Of a stretch of DNA of 64,000 nucleotides, positions 12,036 through 20,139 are shown piece by piece. The DNA is taken from the NCBI RefSeq assembly GCF_017348835.2, contig NZ_CP071375.1. One strand, written 5' to 3'. Within the stretch, counting starts at the first letter, position 1; every line of letters starts with the position of its first letter. The notes beneath the pieces are model-generated. The model did no database searches and was not told where the DNA came from. It saw nothing but the letters and a program-made list of their open reading frames with translations. A program made the translations under genes and the position numbers. Source of the DNA: Escherichia coli (GTDB lineage: Bacteria; Pseudomonadota; Gammaproteobacteria; Enterobacterales; Enterobacteriaceae).

Positions 12036-12878
12036 ATGCTCAGTTATCGCCACAGCTTTCACGCTGGCAACCACGCCGACGTCCTTAAACATACCGTTCA
12101 GAGCCTGATCATCGAGTCGCTGAAAGAGAAAGATAAACCGTTTCTCTATCTCGACACCCACGCAGGGGCCGGGCGTTATCAGTTAGGCAGCGAACATGCC
12201 GAGCGTACCGGCGAATATCTCGAAGGTATCGCCCGTATCTGGCAGCAGGACGATTTGCCCGCAGAACTGGAGGCGTACATCAATGTGGTAAAACACTTCA
12301 ACCGTAGCGGTCAGTTGCGTTACTACCCCGGTTCGCCGTTGATTGCTCGCCAGCTACTGCGCGAACAAGACAGCCTGCAACTGACCGAACTGCACCCGAG
12401 CGATTACCCGTTGCTGCGTTCTGAATTTCAGAAAGATAGCCGTGCGCGCGTTGAAAAAGCCGACGGTTTCCAGCAGCTTAAGGCCAAACTGCCGCCGGTT
12501 TCCCGCCGTGGTTTAATCCTTATCGACCCGCCGTATGAAATGAAAACCGACTATCAAGCGGTGGTCAGCGGGATAGCAGAAGGTTACAAACGTTTCGCCA
12601 CTGGTACATACGCACTGTGGTATCCGGTGGTGCTGCGTCAGCAAATTAAGCGCATGATCCACGATCTGGAAGCGACCGGTATTCGCAAAATTCTGCAAAT
12701 TGAACTGGCGGTACTGCCAGACAGCGATCGCCGTGGCATGACCGCTTCCGGCATGATTGTGATTAACCCGCCGTGGAAGCTGGAACAGCAGATGAATAAC
12801 GTGCTGCCATGGCTGCACAGCAAACTGGTTCCGGCAGGTACCGGGCACGCCACCGTAAGCTGGATCGTGCCGGAGTAA
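12036..12878 (+). CDS. rlmJ: 23S rRNA m6A2030 methyltransferase RlmJ
   Basis: ORF trimmed to ATG at 12036 (MLSYRHSFHAGNHADVLKH...). Confidence 0.85.
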   Translation: MLSYRHSFHAGNHADVLKHTVQSLIIESLKEKDKPFLYLDTHAGAGRYQLGSEHAERTGEYLEGIARIWQQDDLPAELEAYINVVKHFNRSGQLRYYPGSPLIARQLLREQDSLQLTELHPSDYPLLRSEFQKDSRARVEKADGFQQLKAKLPPVSRRGLILIDPPYEMKTDYQAVVSGIAEGYKRFATGTYALWYPVVLRQQIKRMIHDLEATGIRKILQIELAVLPDSDRRGMTASGMIVINPPWKLEQQMNNVLPWLHSKLVPAGTGHATVSWIVPE

Positions 12879-12949
12879 TTGCAGCCATCGCTGGCACCTA
12901 TTACGTCTCGCGCTACAATCGCGGTAATCAACGATAAGGACACTCTGTC

Positions 12950-14302
12950 ATGACTAAACACTATGATTACATCGCCATCGGCGGCGGCAGCGGCGGTATC
13001 GCCTCCATCAACCGCGCGGCTATGTACGGCCAGAAATGCGCGCTGATTGAAGCCAAAGAGCTGGGCGGCACCTGCGTGAATGTTGGCTGCGTGCCGAAAA
13101 AAGTGATGTGGCACGCGGCGCAAATCCGTGAAGCGATCCATATGTACGGCCCGGATTATGGTTTTGATACCACTATCAATAAATTCAACTGGGAAACGTT
13201 GATCGCCAGCCGTACCGCCTATATCGACCGTATTCATACTTCCTATGAAAACGTGCTCGGTAAAAATAACGTTGATGTAATCAAAGGCTTTGCCCGCTTC
13301 GTTGATGCCAAAACGCTGGAGGTAAACGGCGAAACCATCACGGCCGATCATATTCTGATCGCCACAGGCGGTCGCCCGAGCCACCCGGATATTCCGGGCG
13401 TGGAATACGGTATTGATTCCGATGGTTTCTTTGCCCTTCCTGCTTTGCCAGAGCGCGTGGCGGTTGTTGGTGCGGGTTACATCGCCGTTGAACTGGCGGG
13501 CGTGATTAACGGCCTCGGCGCGAAAACGCATCTGTTTGTGCGTAAACATGCGCCGCTGCGCAGCTTCGACCCGATGATCTCTGAAACGCTGGTCGAAGTG
13601 ATGAACGCCGAAGGCCCGCAGTTGCACACCAACGCCATCCCGAAAGCGGTAGTGAAAAATGCCGATGGTAGCCTGACGCTGGAGCTGGAAGATGGTCGCG
13701 GTGAAACGGTGGATTGCCTGATTTGGGCGATTGGTCGCGAGCCTGCCAATGACAACATCAACCTCGAAGCCGCTGGCGTTAAAACCAACGAAAAAGGCTA
13801 TATCGTCGTCGATAAATATCAAAACACCAACGTTGAAGGTATTTACGCAGTGGGTGATAACACGGGTGCAGTGGAACTGACACCGGTAGCAGTTGCAGCG
13901 GGTCGCCGTCTCTCTGAACGCCTGTTTAATAACAAGCCGGATGAGCATCTGGATTACAGCAACATTCCGACCGTGGTCTTCAGCCATCCGCCGATTGGTA
14001 CTGTTGGTTTAACGGAACCGCAGGCGCGCGAGCAGTACGGCGACGATCAGGTGAAAGTGTATAAATCCTCTTTCACCGCGATGTATACCGCCGTCACCAC
14101 TCACCGCCAGCCGTGCCGCATGAAGCTGGTATGCGTTGGACCGGAAGAGAAGATTGTCGGTATTCACGGCATTGGCTTTGGTATGGACGAAATGTTGCAG
14201 GGCTTCGCGGTGGCGCTGAAGATGGGTGCAACCAAAAAAGACTTCGACAATACCGTCGCCATTCACCCAACGGCGGCAGAAGAGTTCGTGACAATGCGTT
14301 AA
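12950..14302 (+). CDS. gor: glutathione reductase
   Basis: 450-aa [30 protein letters not shown]...[13 protein letters not shown] (redox-active disulfide motif). Confidence 0.95.
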   Translation: MTKHYDYIAIGGGSGGIASINRAAMYGQKCALIEAKELGGTCVNVGCVPKKVMWHAAQIREAIHMYGPDYGFDTTINKFNWETLIASRTAYIDRIHTSYENVLGKNNVDVIKGFARFVDAKTLEVNGETITADHILIATGGRPSHPDIPGVEYGIDSDGFFALPALPERVAVVGAGYIAVELAGVINGLGAKTHLFVRKHAPLRSFDPMISETLVEVMNAEGPQLHTNAIPKAVVKNADGSLTLELEDGRGETVDCLIWAIGREPANDNINLEAAGVKTNEKGYIVVDKYQNTNVEGIYAVGDNTGAVELTPVAVAAGRRLSERLFNNKPDEHLDYSNIPTVVFSHPPIGTVGLTEPQAREQYGDDQVKVYKSSFTAMYTAVTTHRQPCRMKLVCVGPEEKIVGIHGIGFGMDEMLQGFAVALKMGATKKDFDNTVAIHPTAAEEFVTMR

Positions 14303-14309
14303 ATGTTAA

Positions 14310-14339
14310 AGGGCTAAGAGTAGTGTGCTCTTAGCCCTT
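14310..14339. terminator. bidirectional terminator between gor and dinQ
   Basis: gggctaagag...ctcttagccc palindrome immediately after the gor stop. Confidence 0.6.
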
Positions 14340-14355
14340 AATTACGTTTCCGCTA

Positions 14356-14439
14356 TCAGTTCAGAAGCTGAAGCAGAAAGCGGATCAGTTCCAGCAGCGC
14401 AATTAACGCCCCAAGAACGATGATTGCTTTATCAATCAC
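14356..14439 (-). CDS. dinQ: DinQ type I toxin peptide (27 aa, GTG start)
   Basis: Minus-strand translation gtg att gat aaa gca atc atc gtt ctt ggg gcg tta att gcg ctg ctg gaa ctg atc cgc ttt ctg ctt cag ctt ctg aac tga gives (M)IDKAIIVLGALIALLELIRFLLQLLN, matching recalled DinQ. Confidence 0.8.
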   Translation of the reverse strand: MIDKAIIVLGALIALLELIRFLLQLLN

Positions 14440-14632
14440 CCGTTTTCTCCATGCGATGGAGTGAGAATGCATCCGCTTACTCATCCACTGCCTGTCACGG
14501 CGCATGTCTCATTGTTAGATAAGAACTCTCTCACTCCGGCCAGAGCATCAGTTAACGGCACCACCCGTACTTCTGACCAGGACTTTGAAAGCGTTTATGC
14601 GCATTACCAGAGTGAAAATGCCTCAGAGCTAA

Positions 14633-14648
14633 CTGGATAATCATACAG
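14633..14648. promoter_or_regulatory. LexA box (CTG-N10-CAG) in the dinQ promoter
   Basis: ctggataatcatacag matches the SOS box consensus CTGT-N8-ACAG closely; located upstream of dinQ on its strand. Confidence 0.65.
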
Positions 14649-14677
14649 TACATTCAGGTTATAAAACCAGCATGTCC

Positions 14678-15773
14678 TGTGTAAGTTCACAGAGATATTG
14701 CAATTGCCTCCGGATAAGTAAGGGGAGATTGCACTATGCAAATGCAGCATCTGATGGTTGGCTATCCTAAGTACTACCAAACGGCCGATTATGCGTTGAG
14801 GCTTTCAGTGATGGCTGATATAGCAACAATGAGAATGAAGGCTCTGCACTTCTGGGATAAACACGGTATTTCTGCAGCTTCTGAAGCCTTTGGCGTGTCC
14901 TGCCGCACGCTTTACTGGTGGCGTCAGTTACTGAACAAGGAAGGACCTGAGGGGCTAATCCCGCACAGTAAGGCACCTCTGGTGCGACGAAAAAAACACT
15001 GGCATCCCGATGTGCTGAAAGAGATTCGACGCCTCAGGACAGAGCTGCCGAACCTCGGTAAAGAGCAGATTTTTGTTCGCCTGAAGCCCTGGTGCGAACA
15101 GCGCTATCTGGCCTGTCCGAGTGTTTCCACCATCGGCAGAATGATCGCTGCCGCACATGATAAAATGCGGATGATACCTGTGCGTCTGGGATCGCGGGGG
15201 AAGGCACTGCTTGTCAAAAAGCGGTCTGCCAAACCCCGCAGGCCAAAGCACTACCGCCCGGTAAAGACAGGTGAGCTCATTGGGATGGACGCCATTGAGC
15301 TCAGAATGGGCGAACTGCGTCGCTATGTCATCACCATGATCGACGAATGCAGCAATTACGCGCTGGCGCTGGCTGTGCCGTCACTCAACAGTGATATCGT
15401 CAATCACTTCTTCAGCCGCGCAGCCCGGTTGTTCCCGGTCGGTATCAGCCAGATAATCACAGATAACGGAAAAGAGTTCCTGGGAAACTTCGACAAAACG
15501 CTGCAGGAAGCCGCTATCAAACACCTCTGGACCTATCCCTACACGCCAAAAATGAACGCTATCTGTGAACGTTTTAACCGGACGTTAAGAGAGCAGTTTA
15601 TTGAATTTAATGAGATTTTACTCTTTGAAGATCTGGCGCTATTTAACCAGAAGCTGGCGGAATATCTGGTGCTGTATAACAGCAAAAGACCCCACAAGGC
15701 GCTCGCACTAATGACGCCCGTGGAATATATTTTAAAAGAGAATAAAAATTGCAATATGTGGTGGACCCATACA
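14678..15773 (+). mobile_element. insertion sequence, single-ORF DDE (rve) transposase, IS481-family-like, about 1.1 kb
   Basis: Imperfect ~28-bp terminal inverted repeats (left tgtgtaagttcacagagatattgcaatt; right reverse complement tgtatgggtccaccacatattgcaatt) flanked by a 5-bp direct repeat tgtcc (14673-14677 and 15774-15778). Boundaries are uncertain by a few bp. Confidence 0.6.
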
Positions 15774-15818
15774 TGTCCTTGCAATAGTTTCAGTATGGTA
15801 TTAGCATTGATGCGTTAG
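14736..15818 (+). CDS. DDE-type transposase (integrase core domain; N-terminal HTH)
   Basis: 360-aa ORF with HTH (GVSCRTLYWWRQ) and catalytic residues consistent with D (GMDAIE), D (ITDNGKEF) and E (ICERFNRTL) about 36 aa later; the ORF reads 45 nt past the inferred right end of the element. Confidence 0.7.
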   Translation: MQMQHLMVGYPKYYQTADYALRLSVMADIATMRMKALHFWDKHGISAASEAFGVSCRTLYWWRQLLNKEGPEGLIPHSKAPLVRRKKHWHPDVLKEIRRLRTELPNLGKEQIFVRLKPWCEQRYLACPSVSTIGRMIAAAHDKMRMIPVRLGSRGKALLVKKRSAKPRRPKHYRPVKTGELIGMDAIELRMGELRRYVITMIDECSNYALALAVPSLNSDIVNHFFSRAARLFPVGISQIITDNGKEFLGNFDKTLQEAAIKHLWTYPYTPKMNAICERFNRTLREQFIEFNEILLFEDLALFNQKLAEYLVLYNSKRPHKALALMTPVEYILKENKNCNMWWTHTCPCNSFSMVLALMR

Positions 15819-15895
15819 ATGATGGCATTCTCACTCCAGCCAGAGCCACCAACTCTGGGCTGCAAAGTAAAAAACCGACGCAAAGTCGGTTTTTT
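15812..15895 (+). ncRNA. agrA: agrA-like small RNA (repeat copy with intrinsic terminator)
   Basis: Shares the gttagat...ctcactccagccagagccaccaactc...aaaaaccgacgcaaagtcggttttttt core with the downstream copy; candidate -35 ttgcaa (15779-15784) and -10 tagcat (15802-15807) with 17-bp spacer. Confidence 0.6.
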
Positions 15896-16042
15896 TACAT
15901 CCGGATTCGGACAAGGCTTAATATGACGATGACCCAGTGAAAGTATATAAATCGTCACTGCGATATATACCGAAGTGCCCCCTCCGCCAGCTGAAGAAAT
16001 CGCTAATTCTTGCAATGTTAGCCACTGGCTAATAGTATTGAG

Positions 16043-16127
16043 CTGTTAGATAAGAGCTCTCTCACTCCAGCCAGAGCCACCAACTCAGGGCTGGAAAGTA
16101 AAAAACCGACGCAAAGTCGGTTTTTTT
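16043..16127 (+). ncRNA. agrB: agrB-like small RNA (antisense regulator of dinQ)
   Basis: Second tandem copy; -35 ttgcaa (16010-16015), 17-bp spacer, -10 tagtat (16033-16038); about 33 nt (gttagataagagctctctcactccagccagagc) complementary to the dinQ leader copy at about 14510-14542; ends in hairpin + T7. Confidence 0.65.
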
Positions 16128-16161
16128 ACGTCCTGATTCAGACCTCCTTTCAAATGAATAG

Positions 16162-16241
16162 CCAACTCAAAATTCACACCTATTACCTTCCTCTGCACCT
16201 ACGCATTCGTTAAACCATATATGTTTTTGACTTATCCGCTT
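16162..16241 (+). promoter_or_regulatory. ars promoter/ArsR operator remnant (retains -35 TTGACT), downstream part replaced
   Basis: ccaactcaaaattcacacctattaccttcctctgcacctacgcattcgttaaaccatatatgtttttgacttatccgctt closely matches the K-12 Pars region as I recall it; similarity ends after ccgctt. Confidence 0.55.
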
Positions 16242-16242
16242 T

Positions 16243-16292
16243 GGTTTGTAACGCTGGCTGCGCTGGCGCTACGTCTCTCTTTCACTTTGTAA
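16243..16292 (+). pseudogene. arsB: arsB 3'-terminal remnant (last ~16 codons, ...FVTLAALALRLSFTL*)
   Basis: In-frame reading of ggtttgtaacgctggctgcgctggcgctacgtctctctttcactttgtaa ends in a stop 12 nt before the arsC ATG, the expected arsB-arsC arrangement; no arsR or arsB body precedes it. Confidence 0.5.
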
Positions 16293-16304
16293 TGAGATAC
16301 TGAT

Positions 16305-16730
16305 ATGAGCAACATTACCATTTATCACAACCCAGCCTGCGGCACATCGCGTAATACGCTGGAGATGATCCGCAACAGCGGTACAGAACCGACCATTATC
16401 CATTATCTGGAAACACCACCAACGCGCGATGAACTGGTAAAACTCATTGCCGATATGGGGATTACCGTACGCGCGCTGCTGCGTAAAAACGTCGAGCCGT
16501 ATGAGGAACTGGGCCTTGCGGAAGATAAATTTACTGACGAGCGGTTAATCGACTTTATGCTTCAGCACCCGATTCTGATTAACCGTCCGATTGTGGTGAC
16601 GCCGCTGGGAACTCGCCTATGCCGCCCCTCGGAAGTGGTGCTGGAAATTCTGCCAGATGCGCAAAAAGGCGCGTTCTCCAAGGAAGATGGCGAGAAAGTG
16701 GTTGATGAAGCGGGTAAGCGGTTGAAATAA
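16305..16730 (+). CDS. arsC: arsenate reductase (glutaredoxin-coupled ArsC)
   Basis: 141-aa ORF MSNITIYHNPACGTSRNTLEMIRNSG... with catalytic Cys12 context (HNPACGTSRN). Confidence 0.95.
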   Translation: MSNITIYHNPACGTSRNTLEMIRNSGTEPTIIHYLETPPTRDELVKLIADMGITVRALLRKNVEPYEELGLAEDKFTDERLIDFMLQHPILINRPIVVTPLGTRLCRPSEVVLEILPDAQKGAFSKEDGEKVVDEAGKRLK

Positions 16731-16778
16731 AGCGGCTATATCCCCCCCACAGGTTGTTAGAAAAGTGCGCTTTATTTA

Positions 16779-16880
16779 TGTCGGATGCGACGCTGGCGCG
16801 TCTTATCCGACCTACAAGGTTATGAAAATTCGATGAATTGTATGTTATTTGTAGGCCTGACAGGCGTAGCGCATCAGGCG
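16779..16880. repeat. REP/BIME palindromic units downstream of arsC
   Basis: tgtcggatgcgacgctggcgcgtcttatccgacctaca and tgtaggcctgacaggcgtagcgcatcaggcg. Confidence 0.7.
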
Positions 16881-17356
16881 ATTTTGCTATTTACACATTA
16901 CTCCCTGCGTGAGATTCCAATTATCGCGTCCAGCATGGTGTATCAGTGATCTGCTTAGTGATCAGCGATACAGTGCAGCAGTTTAAAGACGTACTGGATT
17001 ATGATTTATCAGTGCTTTACACAACAAATTATTCAATAATTATAAGATACCTTAACCCATTTTATTATTACACATCTAAAACATCACAAAAATATCATTT
17101 CACACACTATCGGAGAACATCATAACTTTTTAAAATGAGCGCTTTTTGATAGTTGTTAACGTTTTCTTTTACGATACTATCAATGCCCTTTTTTATACAC
17201 AAATATTACCGGGTGGAGATAAAAGGGAAGTCAAAGGTAATTATATCAGGAAGATATGACGCATGATATTTATTGTGCGTAGAAGAAAATCCATTCCTGC
17301 TCTAATTATCCAATTTAAAAATCTTAGCATAAAACAGATAATGAATAAGGAATGTT

Positions 17357-18472
17357 ATGTCAATTGACTTTACCCCAGGTGTGATAAATACATATCACGG
17401 CGATATTTATAACCGCACAACAGATACCGACAATGTTAAAACACCAGACACACCGATGTGGCCTTGTGATAATCGGGAAGAACAACAACCCATTAATTCC
17501 ACATTCTCTGGAGAAGGATACAACCCTGAACAATATGATTTAGCGCGGCAACACCTCCCACAAATTTATGCGTGCCGCACGAACACCAAATATACAGATG
17601 CAGACTACTCAAAAGTTGTGGCTCAACTTGTAAGTCTTATTACTAACATTGAATCGATAAGTTCGACACCACTTACGCGGCAGGCACAGGAAATACTTAA
17701 TCAAATTAATAACATTAGATACGAAAAGAACAAAAGTGCTGAATGTCGAATCATTGTTGTCGCTAATCCTAAACCCGACAAGGCAATCATAACTAAAATT
17801 AGCGTAGAAGAGGGAATACCAGTAAGATTCAGTGTCCAAACCATGTTTTCAGATACTAATTTTATTGCTGAACAACGAGCTGACTTACCGACTAATATAA
17901 AAGATATTCAAATCCTGTATCAAAAAATGACGAAGTTATATATTGAACACAGTGAAAATAAAAACAGGATGAAAGTCTTTGCCGGAACCAACTTTATTGA
18001 TTTCAATATGACAGGACAGAACCTGTCCGGGTTCGTTCTAACTTTGTCAAGGTTTTATTTCGAAGATCTACTTAATATAAATTTCACTGACGCAAATTTA
18101 GGTGACACTATTTTTTCACATAAAGAACACCCTACCCCCAAATTATATAAAGACGAACAATATCTTGACAAACAAATCGAAGGTTTATTTTCAACATTAT
18201 TAACCATTAATGACAACTTTTTACGAGCAAAAGCGGAAATTGCTTCGACAATAATTAAATTCTTAGAGGCCAGGATAACCAATCTTTCATACAATGACAT
18301 ATTAAAATATCAGCAAGAATTCCAAAAACAATGTTATAAGCAAGTTAAAGCCTTTACGACACTCTCCCGATACAATAAAATTCAAACATGGGCAGAAATG
18401 TCTGAATATCAATTCGAAGTATTTCAATACGAGACGCTTAACCCAAAAAAATGTCACGTACGCCTTATTTAA
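17357..18472 (+). CDS. AT-rich hypothetical protein with a pentapeptide-repeat tract (intact yhiS-like gene)
   Basis: 371-aa ORF; residues [46 protein letters not shown] place F/L/M at every fifth position for about 9-10 repeats, usually preceded by N/D (A[DN]LXX pattern). Position between arsC and slp matches yhiS. Confidence 0.6.
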   Translation: MSIDFTPGVINTYHGDIYNRTTDTDNVKTPDTPMWPCDNREEQQPINSTFSGEGYNPEQYDLARQHLPQIYACRTNTKYTDADYSKVVAQLVSLITNIESISSTPLTRQAQEILNQINNIRYEKNKSAECRIIVVANPKPDKAIITKISVEEGIPVRFSVQTMFSDTNFIAEQRADLPTNIKDIQILYQKMTKLYIEHSENKNRMKVFAGTNFIDFNMTGQNLSGFVLTLSRFYFEDLLNINFTDANLGDTIFSHKEHPTPKLYKDEQYLDKQIEGLFSTLLTINDNFLRAKAEIASTIIKFLEARITNLSYNDILKYQQEFQKQCYKQVKAFTTLSRYNKIQTWAEMSEYQFEVFQYETLNPKKCHVRLI

Positions 18473-18826
18473 AGAGGCCACTTCCTAATGAAAAAGATAT
18501 ATATTATGGGGTGGAAATAGAAATACCATCTGGCAAAAGAATTCGCTTATCAAATCATTATCAGAATATAATACCATAATATTGATTATTAGCACTTTAT
18601 AATTATTGAATAAAAATATATTTTATGTAATTTTAAAACAAAGGATTATATTATGGGGCGATGGATACTCATGTCACGCCCCAAAATCAATGGAATTGAA
18701 CTAAACAGAAGGGATATAAACATCAGACAGGTTTACGTTACTATCAGGCATATCGCCTCAGAATCAGATGAAAACTATAAAGAAATATCTATTATGGTTT
18801 TAATATTTGTTGATAAGGATAGTAAC

Positions 18827-19393
18827 ATGAACATGACAAAAGGTGCACTCATCCTCAGCCTTTCATTTTTGCTTGCCGCATGTAGTTCAATTCCGCAAAA
18901 TATCAAAGGCAATAACCAACCTGATATTCAAAAAAGTTTTGTTGCTGTTCATAACCAGCCGGGGTTATATGTTGGTCAACAAGCGCGCTTTGGCGGGAAG
19001 GTTATCAACGTTATCAATGGCAAAACGGATACGTTGTTAGAAATCGCTGTATTACCGTTGGATAGCTATGCGAAACCTGATATTGAAGCCAACTATCAGG
19101 GCCGACTGCTCGCCAGACAAAGCGGCTTCCTTGATCCAGTGAACTATCGTAATCACTTTGTTACCATCCTCGGTACCATTCAGGGTGAACAACCCGGCTT
19201 TATCAATAAAGTCCCGTATAACTTCCTGGAAGTGAATATGCAGGGCATCCAGGTGTGGCATTTGAGAGAAGTGGTTAATACCACCTATAACCTGTGGGAT
19301 TACGGCTATGGTGCATTCTGGCCGGAACCGGGCTGGGGTGCGCCTTACTACACCAATGCGGTGAGTCAGGTAACACCTGAGCTGGTCAAATAA
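18827..19393 (+). CDS. slp: starvation-inducible outer-membrane lipoprotein Slp
   Basis: ORF 18653..19393 trimmed to in-frame ATG at 18827 giving MNMTKGALILSLSFLLAACSS (lipobox LAAC), 188 aa. Confidence 0.85.
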   Translation: MNMTKGALILSLSFLLAACSSIPQNIKGNNQPDIQKSFVAVHNQPGLYVGQQARFGGKVINVINGKTDTLLEIAVLPLDSYAKPDIEANYQGRLLARQSGFLDPVNYRNHFVTILGTIQGEQPGFINKVPYNFLEVNMQGIQVWHLREVVNTTYNLWDYGYGAFWPEPGWGAPYYTNAVSQVTPELVK

Positions 19394-19548
19394 CACCACC
19401 GAAAGATGCAGATGCTTTCTCAGCATCTGCATCGTGCATTACATCAAATTAATACACAGCAAGCTAACTATTATTACTATAAGCCCTGTCCTGTTAATTA
19501 CCTTTGGCAAACTGATTATAAAGTTAATGTCCGCACCAGGAGTCGGTT

Positions 19549-20079
19549 ATGTTTCTTATAATTACCAGGGATACGATGTTCTTCACCGCGATGAAAAACA
19601 TTCTGAGTAAAGGTAATGTCGTTCATATACAGAACGAAGAAGAGATCGACGTAATGTTGCATCAGAATGCCTTCGTCATTATTGATACATTAATGAATAA
19701 TGTATTTCATTCTAATTTTCTCACTCAAATTGAACGATTAAAACCTGTCCATGTCATTATTTTCTCCCCCTTTAATATTAAACGCTGCCTGGGGAAAGTG
19801 CCGGTGACCTTTGTTCCGCGGACTATCACTATCATTGATTTTGTCGCACTCATCAATGGCAGTTACTGCTCTGTGCCTGAAGCGAATGTGTCACTTTCGC
19901 GCAAGCAACATCAGGTTCTGAGCTGCATTGCGAATCAAATGACAACGGAAGATATTCTGGAGAAACTGAAAATATCGCTAAAAACGTTCTACTGCCATAA
20001 ACACAATATCATGATGATCCTCAATCTTAAGCGGATCAATGAGCTGGTACGCCATCAGCATATTGATTATCTGGTATGA
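19549..20079 (+). CDS. dctR: LuxR-family transcriptional regulator DctR (YhiF)
   Basis: 176-aa ORF with C-terminal LuxR-type HTH; synteny slp-dctR. Confidence 0.85.
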   Translation: MFLIITRDTMFFTAMKNILSKGNVVHIQNEEEIDVMLHQNAFVIIDTLMNNVFHSNFLTQIERLKPVHVIIFSPFNIKRCLGKVPVTFVPRTITIIDFVALINGSYCSVPEANVSLSRKQHQVLSCIANQMTTEDILEKLKISLKTFYCHKHNIMMILNLKRINELVRHQHIDYLV

Positions 20080-20139
20080 ACGATTGATCAATATAAAGAG
20101 GCCCAGCAATAAATAGCCAGACCTCCCGTTAATTATACG

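Noticed and set aside
12638-13987. 449-aa minus-strand ORF antisense to gor
   Set aside because: It lies entirely within and opposite to the well-supported glutathione reductase gene and its product is low-complexity and R/H-rich; a typical spurious antisense ORF in GC-rich coding DNA.
15820-16145. Possible CRISPR-like array suggested by repeated ctcactccagccagagcc units
   Set aside because: Only two tandem copies plus one distant copy, each about 85 nt with its own promoter and terminator and no spacer structure; explained as agrA/agrB sRNA genes and the dinQ leader.
18653-18826. Upstream extension of the slp ORF (track start 18653)
   Set aside because: The extension has no signal peptide; the in-frame ATG at 18827 gives the canonical lipoprotein signal MNMTKGALILSLSFLLAAC, so the upstream start was discarded.
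19405-19436. Palindrome gatgcagatgct...agcatctgcatc after slp as a terminator
   Set aside because: A good stem but no following T-tract on either strand; left unannotated.
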